Assembly: GCA_963706575.1 (NCBI GenBank)
Contig: CAVPNL010000008.1
Location: 96,001 to 160,000 of the forward strand
Origin: an uncultured delta proteobacterium
GTDB lineage: Bacteria; Desulfobacterota; Desulfobacteria; Desulfobacterales; JAHEIW01
DNA: 64,000 nt
Reading direction: 5' to 3'
Under the pieces are notes generated by a model, which was not told the origin of the DNA, did no database searches, and was given only the letters and a program-made list of their open reading frames with translations. A program made the translations under genes and the position numbers. This document shows, piece after piece, positions 1 to 10,003 of this stretch; position 1 is the first letter of the stretch, and each line of letters begins with the position of its first letter.

Positions 1-1424
1 GAGTTTAGCTACGGGATCAGCACCCCGGTGGCGATCCGTGACTTTTTGTCCTATGCCTACGGCAACTGGCGTACGCCGGCACCCCAGTATGTGCTGTTGG
101 TGGGCGACAGCACCTATGATTTTAAAGACAACTACAACCGGGGCACCGTAAACCATGTGCCCGCTTACACGGTGTTTACCGATTATATGGGTGAGACCGT
201 CACAGACGAATACTTTGTGACCATCAGCGGCGATGATGCGCTGGTCGATATGTACATCGGGCGGCTGCCGGCCCAAAGCGCAGCCGATGCCACAGCGATG
301 GTAAATAAGATCATCGCCTATGAGACCGGGCTTAACAGCGGCAGCTGGGAGAAAAACGTGGTGTTGGTCGCCGATGATCAAACCGAAGCCTATGAGGCGG
401 TCTTTGAGACCATCAACGAGGATGCCGCAGCGCTGCTGCCGGCTAAGATGGTGGCCTTAAAGGGCTATTTAAACGATTATCTGCTCTCTGGTGATTTAAG
501 CACTGACATCACCAACTGGATCAATGACGGGGCGTTAATTGTCAATTACAGCGGCCATGCCTCATTGCAGCAGTGGGCGGCAGAGGCGGTTTTTGTCAAT
601 GCCGATGTAAACACTTTAACCAACACCGGCAAATATCCGTTTGTTATCTCCATGAGCTGTTTGACCGGCTACTTCGGGTACCTGGATGCAGCCCTGGGCC
701 CGCAGCCCTCACTGGCCGAAGCACTTGTTGCAGGCTGCCGACAAAGGGGCCGTAGCAGCGCTGATGCCCACGGGCATGACCACCACAGCCGGTCAGCACA
801 TATTCAACAACGCGGTTTTTGAGGCCCTTTTTGTAAACGATATCAGACAGTTGGGACCTGCGATCGCCTCTGCCAAACAAACCCTTTTAGCCAACGGCGA
901 TGCCTATTTTGAGCAGATATCACAGACCTTTTTGCTCTTTGGCGATCCGGCGCAAACCTTAAAGATCCCGCTGCCCAGAATGCCCGGCGGGGTAAAGGCC
1001 TATTGGGAAAACAACTCGGTGCGCATTCGCTGGAATGCGGCCCTTGACAGCAACGGCAACGCGGTTGCGGGCTACAACATCTACCGTGCCAGCGCCCCGG
1101 CAGGCCCTTACAGCAGGGTCAACACCGAGCTTGTCACCGGCACCGAGTTTGTCGACACTGAAGGGGCGGTGGGCATCGATGAGGGCGGTGGAGCCGGCGG
1201 CAGCTATTACGGGGTCACAGCGGTTGACAGCTTCGGGGATGAAAGTGCGCAGTCACTGGGTATCAGCCCGGCTTCGGTGGCTTCATCGGCCGAAGCGCGC
1301 GGCGGCAGCTTGTTTTGTCGGTACTGTCAGCGGGTCAATACCCGCAGGGCTGTTTTGGATTTTGGCGATCTTTACCTTCGCTGTGGTTATTGCGCACTGG
1401 CGCATGGCACACGGCGCACGGTAA
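1..1424 (+). CDS. C25 family (gingipain-like) cysteine peptidase, 5'-truncated by the window. Followed by an FN3-like domain and a C-terminal Cys + TM + basic sorting signal; two apparent +1 frameshifts (~725, ~1296)
   Basis: Frame is open from base 1 (EFSYGISTPVAIRDFL). C25 motifs YVLLVGD, IGRLP, NYSGH (His), SMSC (Cys) and LFGDP. Continues in ORF 686-1438 (GYNIYR...YYGVTAVD, FN3-like), then in frame 1035-1424 (AAAACFVGTVSG + TM + WRMAHGAR). Confidence 0.8.
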
Positions 1425-1470
1425 AGCATAGCGCATAGGGCAGAGCGCAAAGGGTTCAGAGGATCAGAAT

Positions 1471-1528
1471 GTAGGGCGGCCCTCCGTGGCCGCCTATAGT
1501 GTGAGGTCGGCACGGAGGCCGACCCTAC
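1471..1528. repeat. GTAG-type REP-like palindrome pair
   Basis: GTAGGGCGGCCCTCCGTGGCCGCC...CGGCACGGAGGCCGACCCTAC; related copies at 3584, 37992 and 40358. Confidence 0.7.
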
Positions 1529-1589
1529 TTTATCAACCAAAAAAAAGGAACCTTTGAACCCGGAACCCTAAACCTTGAACCTATAAATA

Positions 1590-1605
1590 TGGCACATTGT
1601 TTGCA
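1590..1605 (+). promoter_or_regulatory. sigma54 (-24/-12) promoter upstream of the PqqD/peptide cassette
   Basis: TGGCAC-ATTGT-TTGCA matches TGGCAC-N5-TTGCW with exact GG-N10-GC spacing. Confidence 0.75.
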
Positions 1606-1739
1606 GTTATTCGATCGGATGCGGTTGGCTGAAGTTCAGCTTTACTGTGTGTTTACTAAGGATTGCAGGATAAAAGTGGTGAGCAGACAGCAGCATAACT
1701 TATTAAAATTTAATGGAATATTCAATCGGAGTTGAAACG

Positions 1740-2033
1740 ATGCCGGAAATTGATCAGGTGTTTCGAAAAAATGATAATTTTGTCTTCCGCCAAATCGATG
1801 ACGAAACCATCCTGGTTCCCATCAAAGACAACCTGGGCGATATGGGGTCTATTTATAATCTAAATGAAGTCGGCGCCTTTGTATGGGAACAACTGGATGG
1901 CCACAAAACATTAAGTGATATCAATAAAATGTTGACCGATGAATTCGATATACCTGAAGGGGAGTCAGAGGAAGATTTAATTGAATTCGTAAGCCAACTC
2001 AAAGAAATCGATGCCATAATTCATAAAGAATAA
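1740..2033 (+). CDS. PqqD family / RiPP recognition element (RRE) protein
   Basis: 97 aa; FRQIDDETILVP...IYNLNEVGAFVWEQLDG...LTDEFD...DLIEFVSQL is the typical PqqD pattern. GGAG upstream of ATG 1740. Confidence 0.9.
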   Translation: MPEIDQVFRKNDNFVFRQIDDETILVPIKDNLGDMGSIYNLNEVGAFVWEQLDGHKTLSDINKMLTDEFDIPEGESEEDLIEFVSQLKEIDAIIHKE

Positions 2034-2069
2034 AAGAAAAAAACGTATCGGAGAAATGGAGTTAGATAT

Positions 2070-2234
2070 ATGGAAAAGAAAAAAAAGAAGAGATATGTGA
2101 AACCCAAATTAACAAAAATCTATCTGGATGCAGAATGTGCGGTGCTGGGGGCCTGTAAATTTTCAGGCGGCAGCGGACCCAACGGTAGCAATTGCGGGCT
2201 TCCGTTCCCGGCCTGTAACCAATCATCGTCCTGA
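2070..2234 (+). CDS. Putative RiPP precursor peptide, 54 aa (absent from the ORF track)
   Basis: Hand translation: MEKKKKKRYVKPKLTKIYLDAECAVLGACKFSGGSGPNGSNCGLPFPACNQSSS. GGAG 8 nt upstream, YxxPxL leader motif, directly after the PqqD gene. Confidence 0.75.
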   Translation: MEKKKKKRYVKPKLTKIYLDAECAVLGACKFSGGSGPNGSNCGLPFPACNQSSS

Positions 2235-2413
2235 TGGCCGGTTAATGCATAAGGGCCTCATTTTAGGGATCCGACAGCGCAGCATGCACCCGGCTTCGCT
2301 CTGGCGAGCCATGCCGCGACCGGCGGTGGTCGACCTTACATTTTGAGCAAAAGCTGTCTGGATTCGCACCCGAGAGGCTCTGTCCTAATTCAAAAACGAA
2401 TTTGACTTCTGAC

Positions 2414-2493
2414 CGTCATGCCGGACATGATCCGGCATCCCGAACTGTAACGCTCTTAAAAAGCACTGGATTCCGGGTCAAGCCCGGAATGAC
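2414..2493. repeat. Palindromic element (GTCATGCCGG...CCGGAATGAC type)
   Basis: CGTCATGCCGGACATGATCCGGCATCC ... GGATTCCGGGTCAAGCCCGGAATGAC form nested inverted repeats. Confidence 0.6.
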
Positions 2494-2652
2494 AAAAATG
2501 CTCATTTCCGCCGCTTGAGAATTATGACACATTTTCATTTGAAGGAATAAAAATTTTGACAGGCGAAGACCGGCACTGCTTCCTGTAATTGCGAACGCTC
2601 CATTAAATTTTGAATCCTTCATAAATCGAAAACTCACATAAAAGAGATATCG

Positions 2653-3501
2653 ATGGCAGATAACCTTACATTTAAAATCGGCGACATCGGAATTTCGTTT
2701 GACGGTGAACCCCAAATAAAGCAAAGCGAAATCAAAGCAGCCTATCGTCCGTTTATCAGTGCGGACGCGCCGGACATTGCCCTGCGGATGCATATGGATT
2801 CTCCGGGAATTCCGGCCGGAGAAAAAATATTCGACAGTTTGCCGATCTGGGCACTTTACCGTCACAATGATAGTTTGATCATCAACCTTTTCGAAACCAT
2901 GAACGGATTGAAACGGTCTTTATGCATCTCGCGGGATTTTAATCAGGCTGACCTGTATTTTACAGAACCGAATGGTTCCTTTCTCGATCCGTTTTTTGGT
3001 CCGACCATCGAGCTTCTGATGGTGAACTACCTGGCCCGCGTCGGGAGTATAATCGTTCATGCTTGCGGCATCGACTATGATGGGAAAGGCCTTCTGTTTG
3101 TGGGCGAGTCCGGCGCCGGGAAAAGCACTCTGACCAGAATCTGGAACAAAGAAAAGGGTGTCGAAATTTTAAGTGACGATAGAATCATTATCCGCAAGAT
3201 GAATGATCAGTACTGGATGTACGGGACCCCATGGCATGGCGATGCCAGGTTCGCATCCCCGGCGAAAGTCAAACTGGAAAAAGTCTTCTTTATCAAACAT
3301 GGCCCGGCAAATTCCGCCAAAGCAGTGGCCGGAAGCTTTCCGGTGCTGCAATTCCTGAAGGCTTCATTTCCGCCATACTGGGATAAAAACAGCATGAAAT
3401 TTGCGATGGAATTTTTCAATGATCTGGTTGCGGCGGTCCCGTGCCGGGAAATGTCGTTTGTGCCGAACAGCAAAATCGTCGAATTTGTTAATCGATATTA
3501 G
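2653..3501 (+). CDS. HprK-related P-loop kinase (ScmC-like / lasso-kinase-like)
   Basis: HACGI, Walker A GESGAGKST, LSDD and YGTPWHG motifs. Confidence 0.8.
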   Translation: MADNLTFKIGDIGISFDGEPQIKQSEIKAAYRPFISADAPDIALRMHMDSPGIPAGEKIFDSLPIWALYRHNDSLIINLFETMNGLKRSLCISRDFNQADLYFTEPNGSFLDPFFGPTIELLMVNYLARVGSIIVHACGIDYDGKGLLFVGESGAGKSTLTRIWNKEKGVEILSDDRIIIRKMNDQYWMYGTPWHGDARFASPAKVKLEKVFFIKHGPANSAKAVAGSFPVLQFLKASFPPYWDKNSMKFAMEFFNDLVAAVPCREMSFVPNSKIVEFVNRY

Positions 3502-3583
3502 GACTGAGTGCTGAGGACTGAGGACTGAGATAAGATAGCAGAGGTCAGATGTCAGAGGACAGAAGACAGATGACAATCAGAAA

Positions 3584-3645
3584 GTAGGGCGGCCCTCTGC
3601 GCCCGCCAGTTGAGGTTGGCACGGTGGCTCGGTGTCTGGCCCTAT
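3584..3645. repeat. Degenerate GTAG REP-like palindrome flanked by 7-bp microrepeats
   Basis: GTAGGGCGGCCCTCTGCGCCCGCC; flanked by GGACTGA/GACAGA-type repeats at 3501-3575. Confidence 0.55.
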
Positions 3646-3756
3646 TTAATTGTTTTGCCGTGCGCCTTGTGCCGTGCACCTTGAGCCGAACTGCTGGTAT
3701 CACCAGTGTGTGTTTTAGATTAAAAGAAGTAAGAAATAAGCGATCCGGTCACAATA

Positions 3757-4875
3757 ATGAATTTTATTGAATACCAAATACTGCTGGCTGCCAGCGACAA
3801 TGAACCCGGCACGGAGCAACGGCAAAAGCTGCTGGGATTAATATCACAACATTTTGATCAGGACCGACTAATCGAAATGGCGGTGCGCGAGGGGGTTGCC
3901 GGTCTTTTATATAAAAATTTGAAAAAAATCGGTGTCCTGGGATATCTTGGCCACAGGCAGATTGAAAAACTCCAATCTTTTTATTATTCTGCTGTACGTT
4001 TGAACCTCAGATTGCTGCATGATCTAAAAGAAATTCTGCAAAAACTTAATCTATCAAAGACTAAGGTCGTGCTATTGCAGGGAATCCCTCTGTTGCAGCA
4101 AATCTATAAAGATATTGGACTGCGCCCCCTGACAGATATCGATTTGTGGGTTTTGCCCGAATATTTCTCGGGGGTTGAAAGTACACTTGTCAAACTGGGT
4201 TATCGGAGTGATCCGCTCTACCCGAAGACCTTTAAAAGAAATTCCACGCTAATTGACGTGAATACCCACATTCTGTGGGCAGATCGCATCAAAAGCAGGC
4301 GCTTCCTTATAAACGCTGGTCAGCAGGATATCTATGAGAACTGCCGGGCCATTGATATTGAAGGCGAAACCGCTGATTGTCTGAGCCGGACGGATCAGGT
4401 CATATACCTGAGCCTGCATGCATTTAAGCATAATCTGGACCGGTTGATCTGGCTGGTGGATATTAAAAATTTGCTGAAGGGATGGGAGGCTTCCGATTGG
4501 GTAGCCCTTGACAAACGTTCAAGGGAGCTTGGCATAAAGCATGTCGTAAGTTATATCCTGTTCTACCTGGATCATCTCTTTGAATTCCAGTTTCCCCCGG
4601 ATGCCCGGGCGATTTATGAATTTACAAAAATAAGTTATCTGGAAAGATACATCCTGCGGAAACGGTTGCTGGGAAAACCGCTGGCGGTATGGGGCCCGCT
4701 AATACTTTTACCTTTGGATAAAAGTTTGTACAGGCGGGTATGTTTTATTTTCGAAAACCTGTTTCCCAGACCACGGGTTTTGAGGCAAATATTTGCAAAA
4801 GCTCCTGATTTCAGCTTCTGGCAACTTTATTTGAAAAGGGCCCGGCAGATATTGGCGCATACCAGAAACAATTAG
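3757..4875 (+). CDS. Nucleotidyltransferase family protein (NTP_transf_5-like)
   Basis: VLLQG...RPLTDIDLWV (DxD), LHAFKH and LIWLVDI match the type found with PqqD/HprK-kinase cassettes. Confidence 0.8.
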   Translation: MNFIEYQILLAASDNEPGTEQRQKLLGLISQHFDQDRLIEMAVREGVAGLLYKNLKKIGVLGYLGHRQIEKLQSFYYSAVRLNLRLLHDLKEILQKLNLSKTKVVLLQGIPLLQQIYKDIGLRPLTDIDLWVLPEYFSGVESTLVKLGYRSDPLYPKTFKRNSTLIDVNTHILWADRIKSRRFLINAGQQDIYENCRAIDIEGETADCLSRTDQVIYLSLHAFKHNLDRLIWLVDIKNLLKGWEASDWVALDKRSRELGIKHVVSYILFYLDHLFEFQFPPDARAIYEFTKISYLERYILRKRLLGKPLAVWGPLILLPLDKSLYRRVCFIFENLFPRPRVLRQIFAKAPDFSFWQLYLKRARQILAHTRNN

Positions 4876-5020
4876 AACCCATCTCAAAAATGCATCTAAC
4901 GCCCAAGGGCTTTGTTGCAAACCGATTCAAAATACTCGAATACTGCCGTGTATGCTCCGTTTTTGAATCGGTTTGCGTCGCGCCCTTGAACGTGATCTAC
5001 TATTTTTGAGACGGGTTCTA
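4873..5020. mobile_element. MITE-like element (~148 bp) with terminal inverted repeats
   Basis: TAGAACCCATCTCAAAAAT ... ATTTTTGAGACGGGTTCTA; internal similarity to the elements at 40977 and 54614 (opposite orientation). Confidence 0.7.
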
Positions 5021-5032
5021 TATTTAAGGCTT

Positions 5033-6268
5033 TTAGCGAACTAACATTTCTTGATCAGAAATAGGTGATATTTCGACTCTACGGTTCAATGCACGTCCGG
5101 TTTCATTTTCGTTGGACGCCCTATTGATCGTAAATCCAAATCCCTTCGGAAACAGCCTGTCTTTTTCAATTCCCTTTTCTACAAAATAATTTTTGACTGT
5201 TCCGGCACGTTTTTCGGACAACCTCTGATTATATGCAGCAGTGCCGACATTGTCGGTGTGGCCTTGTATTTCAATTTTCGCATCCGGGTTTTGTCTTAAC
5301 ATGGCTGCAATTTTATCCAGATCAGAATAATACCGAGACTTGAGCTCAAATCTATTAAAATCGAACAGAATATCGTCCAAATTGCCAGTCTGGTGTTTTT
5401 GGATTGCATCGTCATTATTCACCGCGATGTTCGCACTGTTCTGATCCGTTTCCTTAACCACTTTTACAACAGTTGTTTGCGCTGGACAGCCGTCCGGGCT
5501 AACGGCAATGCCGTTGGGTGTATCAGGACATATATCCGCAAAATCAGGGATTCCATCTCCGTCGCCGTCTTTTTCCGACCGACCGGTATTGTCGACTTTT
5601 TTTAAAACCATTTTGGGTGCGTTAAACTGAATAATTTTTAAACTGGATTTCGTCAGCGTTAACTCAGATACGGCATCCGGGGCCAGGCGAATTTGATTCT
5701 GATTTAAGGTTCCGCTGATAAGATCACCATTTTCAAGCAGGATGGTTGTGTCTGCCTGATAGCCTTCGGTAAATTCTATTCGATTGATTTCACCGGGTTG
5801 AATCGAGTCGGCATTATAATTGGCTCGAATTTCAAGCGCGGCGTCTAAAAACCTACCGGAAAATCGGTCGTTGTTCTTCATTGTAAAGATTGTGGTCGTT
5901 ATAGGATAACTGGGCTCCCTGATTTCCCGCTTTATTCTTTGGATCTGTTCTCTACCCAGCGCTCTTTTTTGTCCGTCTTCCTCTATAAATTGAATGCTTT
6001 CGTTCAACAGGGTACCGCTGAATCGATCATTGTTGATAGTTTCAATCGTCCAGCGGCCAATGGGTCCGTCTTTATAATCAATGCTCTTTAAAAGTGCATT
6101 TTTGATGCTGACTTTGCCATAGGGGGTCTGAACGCTGAAAGCGGGGCTTTGAATGGTTCCGAAAATTTTATCACCGTTTTTGATATAAACGAAATCCGCC
6201 TGACCCAAAGCCGGGCAAATTAACGAAAATACGGCCAGAATGATAAAAGTGCCTATAATTTTATTCAT
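5033..6268 (-). CDS. OmpA family protein with signal peptide, N-terminal beta-rich repeats and TSP3-like Ca-binding motif
   Basis: Signal peptide; DGDGDGIPDFADICPDTP; ILFDFN...GHTD...NQRLSEKRA...NRRVE. Confidence 0.9.
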   Translation of the reverse strand: MNKIIGTFIILAVFSLICPALGQADFVYIKNGDKIFGTIQSPAFSVQTPYGKVSIKNALLKSIDYKDGPIGRWTIETINNDRFSGTLLNESIQFIEEDGQKRALGREQIQRIKREIREPSYPITTTIFTMKNNDRFSGRFLDAALEIRANYNADSIQPGEINRIEFTEGYQADTTILLENGDLISGTLNQNQIRLAPDAVSELTLTKSSLKIIQFNAPKMVLKKVDNTGRSEKDGDGDGIPDFADICPDTPNGIAVSPDGCPAQTTVVKVVKETDQNSANIAVNNDDAIQKHQTGNLDDILFDFNRFELKSRYYSDLDKIAAMLRQNPDAKIEIQGHTDNVGTAAYNQRLSEKRAGTVKNYFVEKGIEKDRLFPKGFGFTINRASNENETGRALNRRVEISPISDQEMLVR

Positions 6269-6355
6269 TGGTCTTGTGTCTCCTGTGTTTCTTTAAGCTA
6301 TCTCAATTTGCCGCCAGCGACTAACATTCAAGGCTTTGCTGTAAATACTCGAATA

Positions 6356-6423
6356 TCGCGGCAAGATGCCGCTCCCACTGATGACAATGCGAAATGCGAT
6401 GTGGGAGTGGCTTCCAGCCACGA
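6356..6423. repeat. GTGG-type REP-like palindrome pair
   Basis: TCGCGGCAAGATGCCGCTCCCAC...GTGGGAGTGGCTTCCAGCCACGA; near-identical copy at 28190-28250. Confidence 0.7.
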
Positions 6424-6549
6424 TTCTTGTGTTTTTCTTATTATATCGGTTAAATATTCAAATACTTAACAAAAATTGTGATGGGATGGAGACCGGGTTG
6501 ATTTTTTAGGCAGTCGGCAAAGCGGGCATTAAATATTTTTATAATGATT

Positions 6550-7203
6550 TCAAATAGTTAAAAGACCGAGGGTAAAGATGGCCAGGTTGCCCAGGGAATG
6601 AATCGTTATCGGAACCAGAAGATTTTTCTCGATTTCATATGCAACTGCAAATAGGATCCCGCCGATGAGCTGGGTGACCGGAATGGCAAGCCCGGAAGAG
6701 GGGGAGTGGGGCAGTACAAATAACAGGGTGCTTAATAATACAGCTGCGGGTATTCCCCATCTTCGGAAAAAGCCATAAAGGATGCCCCGGAAAAATATTT
6801 CTTCGGCAACGGGTCCGATCAACGCCCCTACCAGCAAAAAGGTGATGAACCTGTTGCTTTCAGAAGGCAGCTGCATGCGAAAGAGCGCCGTAACCTTGAT
6901 TCCCGCAAGATAGGTGATAAATAAAACGACTCCGGCCGCGACTCCGAATGAGATCGCCCAAATCAAGCCGCTTTTAAGTCCCCTGTATATTTGGGACAAT
7001 GACAGCCCGATGATCGAAAGCCGGTTTTCCCGGAATTTGATGAGGGCCAGCAGAAAAATGATCTGCACAAGACGTGCCAGACCCACACCGGTCAGGGGAG
7101 CCAGAAGATTATGGCTGAGCAGCATTCGTGCCGTGAGTTCGATCGCCGCGATGCCTAAAATGGATATGATTAGGGTGCTTAATTTAATTTCGTTTGCCGC
7201 CAT
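6550..7203 (-). CDS. CPBP family (Abi / type II CAAX) intramembrane glutamic protease
   Basis: AEEIFFRG, FVLPH and IHSLGN motifs; multiple TM segments. Confidence 0.85.
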   Translation of the reverse strand: MAANEIKLSTLIISILGIAAIELTARMLLSHNLLAPLTGVGLARLVQIIFLLALIKFRENRLSIIGLSLSQIYRGLKSGLIWAISFGVAAGVVLFITYLAGIKVTALFRMQLPSESNRFITFLLVGALIGPVAEEIFFRGILYGFFRRWGIPAAVLLSTLLFVLPHSPSSGLAIPVTQLIGGILFAVAYEIEKNLLVPITIHSLGNLAIFTLGLLTI

Positions 7204-8673
7204 CCAAGTGCTCGCAGTGCCTTGTAGGCATACCATTGAAGGTACCAGTCATCTGATGTCTTAATTACCTGCATGATTCTGCCAATCGCTTCTTTATTTT
7301 TCCTTCTACCCAGACCATACAGTGCCATCGAAGCAACATTGGGATGGGTGTCATTTACAAAGCCTAAAAGATCTCTATAGGTCCCCGGTTTACGGGAATT
7401 GGCCAATGTTCTGACGAACCAGTAACGCTCAGCAATATAATCGCTTTTTAATAGTTCCGGGTAGGTATGAAACTGTTTTATCTCTAAACCGTTTTGATCA
7501 ATAAACTTCAATGCTGCAACCCGATCCTGCCAGCGGCCCGAGTCCAGCGCGTCCGAAAGGTTTCTTTCAGAAATATTACGAGTCCTATTCAGCTGAAAAG
7601 AGAATATAAAAACCAGGCACAGAACAAAGCACAGGATGGAAGCAATTAGAGAAGAGCTTCTTAAGTTAAAGAAAATGCCAAACAAAATACTGATTATCCC
7701 ATGCACGATGACATAAACGGCCAGTGGAAAGCCGGACAATAACGAAAACATGGTGATCTTTCGAAAAAAAGCCCATGTGTCGCTCTTTTGTTCAAATTCC
7801 GTTATTGCTCCATGAGGGTCGAAGAAAAATTTTTTAGCAGATATTCGCAAAACAGGGCGGTCATGACTTTTGAAGATAAAGTCATCTCCTGTTGAAACAA
7901 CCTTGAGGTCGGCATCGATGTTCCGCTGAATCGGGATGTAGTCATGGTTGAGAAAAATATTTTCAAGCATCCGGACGACCTCGGCTTTTTGGCTTTCGAT
8001 CCTTCCGGTCTTGAGCATCTTCTGATTCAATGATTTGAAAACCTCGGCAGGATACAGCGTATATTTGTAGTAAAATTTATTTATTTTCGAGCCAACAGGA
8101 TTTGAGAGTAAATAGATATCGCGAAAGTCGGTAAACATCCGGCTGTCGATTTGCCAGGCTAAAAACAGTGCCAGCACAATGACAGGTATGATATGAAGGA
8201 TTTCATTTGGGGTGCCGATTCTGCTTATTCAGATAAGACATTTGTTTTGCGGCAGTAATAAATACAACCGGCGGGATTAGCAGGAAGTATAAAGTTACAA
8301 AGAGTTTAAACCCATGAAAATTAAAAGCTGCCAGGCAGGCCACCCAGAGTAATAGAAAAACGTAAAGAAGAAATATCCTGCGGTAGAATAGGCGGTCCCA
8401 AATCCATGCCAGCGCTAATGAGAGGAAGGAAATTCCTGCGCCAATGCTGAATGTAAAAAAAAGACCTCCAAAAAAAGCCGGTGCTGCTTTGCGTAACTGG
8501 CCCATTACGTGGGAATTGGGTATTGTCAGATAACCCGCACCTTTTATTGCCAACAGGCTGTCATAAAGCACGGTGTTGGATAAATAAACATGAACCATTG
8601 CCAGAATCTGAGCCAGGGTCAGGCCGATCAGTAGTGAAGAAAAGGGGTATAGGCTATTTAATCTCTTTCGCAT
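7179..8673 (-). CDS. Membrane protein with C-terminal HEAT-like repeats; apparent frameshift near 8207 joining ORFs 8203-8673 and 7179-8177
   Basis: N-terminal TM helices; reading continues NEILHIIPVIVLALFL in the +1 frame; C-terminal DRVAAL.../NVASMALYGLG/AYKALRALG helical repeats. Confidence 0.6.
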
Positions 8674-8900
8674 GACGGTTTATGACCCATTAGGGTAAAA
8701 GCGCGAAAAACCTTAATTTTAGACAATCTGCGAAGAATTTTGGATATTCAAAAATTTGCTAAGCACCCATTGATATGATATATTTTCTTAAGATAAGCGT
8801 TTTAAATTTTTAAAAAGGGCATGTTCTTTATTTTAAAAATTTAAAACGCTTAATCTATAATTTTATCATTATAATGACCCATTTGGTCAAGAAAAAGAAC

Positions 8901-9101
8901 TATAAGCGGTTTGAAAACCCCATCTCCCCGCTCAATGGAGCGGGATTTCGCATCTAATTTAAAGAGATTTAAGGGGCTCAAAAGGCTTCTTGGTTGCGTC
9001 GTCTAGCCTTGCTGAGCACCTTAATCTAAAAAGATCAGAAGCGAAGTCCCGCTGGCAAGCGGGGCCCTTGGACCTGATCTGAGGTTTTGAAACCACTTCT
9101 A
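8901..9101. mobile_element. Diverged MITE-like element of the 40977/54614 family, reverse orientation
   Basis: Ends GCCCTTGGACCTGATCTGAGGTTTTGAAACCACTTCTA, the reverse complement of the 40977 left end; left end TATAAGCGGTTTGAAAACCCCATCT. Confidence 0.6.
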
Positions 9102-9114
9102 AGGAAAAATCAAA

Positions 9115-9816
9115 TTGATCGTTGCCGTTCATCAACCTCAGTATCTGCCCTGGATCGGCTATTTTGATAAAATGAGAAGGGCGGACGCTTTTTGCTATCT
9201 GAATGATGTTCAGTATAAGAAAAATGAATGGCAAAACCGAAATCGGATTAAAACCGCTCAGGACTGGCAATGGCTAACGGTGCCGGTGCGCTATCGTTTT
9301 CCTGAGAAAATTAATGAAGTCCAGATTAATAATACGACCCAGTGGAGCAAAAAACACCTTCAGGCGCTGAAAACCAATTACAGCCGTGCGCCATATTTTA
9401 AAGCGTATATCTCAATCTTCGAAGATATTTTTTCCAAAGAATGGGAGCTCATATCTGAACTCAATATCCATCTGATAGAGCGTCTTAAAGATGCCCTGCA
9501 GATGCAGGAAAAGACGACCATCATCTCATCTGAGCTCACGCTTAGAGAGGAGCCGACCGACCGACTGATTGATATTTGCAAAGCCCTGGGAGCGGATACG
9601 TATCTCGCAGGCCAGGGCGGGGCAGGTTATATGGATGTGGTGCGGTTTGAAAAGAATGGGCTGAAGGTGATCATGCAGGAGTTTAAGCATCCGGCCTATT
9701 CACAATTGTTCGGAGATTTTCAGTCCCATCTGTCAATTGTGGATCTGCTGTTTAACTGCGGTCCGGAGAGTATGAACGTCATCCGTGAAACGAACGCAGA
9801 GACTGCGAAGATTTAG
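9115..9816 (+). CDS. WbqC-like protein
   Basis: HQPQYLPWIGYF...NRNRIKT...LSIVDLLFN. Confidence 0.9.
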   Translation: MIVAVHQPQYLPWIGYFDKMRRADAFCYLNDVQYKKNEWQNRNRIKTAQDWQWLTVPVRYRFPEKINEVQINNTTQWSKKHLQALKTNYSRAPYFKAYISIFEDIFSKEWELISELNIHLIERLKDALQMQEKTTIISSELTLREEPTDRLIDICKALGADTYLAGQGGAGYMDVVRFEKNGLKVIMQEFKHPAYSQLFGDFQSHLSIVDLLFNCGPESMNVIRETNAETAKI

Positions 9817-10003
9817 AATAGGCCTCACGCAAAGCCGCAAAGGCGCAAAGTTAAAAATGATCGGGCAATATTTATTCGGTTTAACCACAGAGATCACAGA
9901 GAGCGCAGAGACAAGCTCTAAAAATCTGTTCTCTGTGGTCTCTGTGATCTCTGTGGTAAATTATACGATATAAATCCAATTTATTGCATAAGCAGGAGTC
10001 AGT

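Noticed and set aside
2070..2234. Lasso peptide assignment
   Set aside because: No acidic acceptor residue in the core, and no lasso cyclase or B2 protease in the window.
2128..2346. 72-aa ORF in the track
   Set aside because: Shadow frame overlapping the better-supported peptide at 2070-2234, which has an RBS and leader motif.
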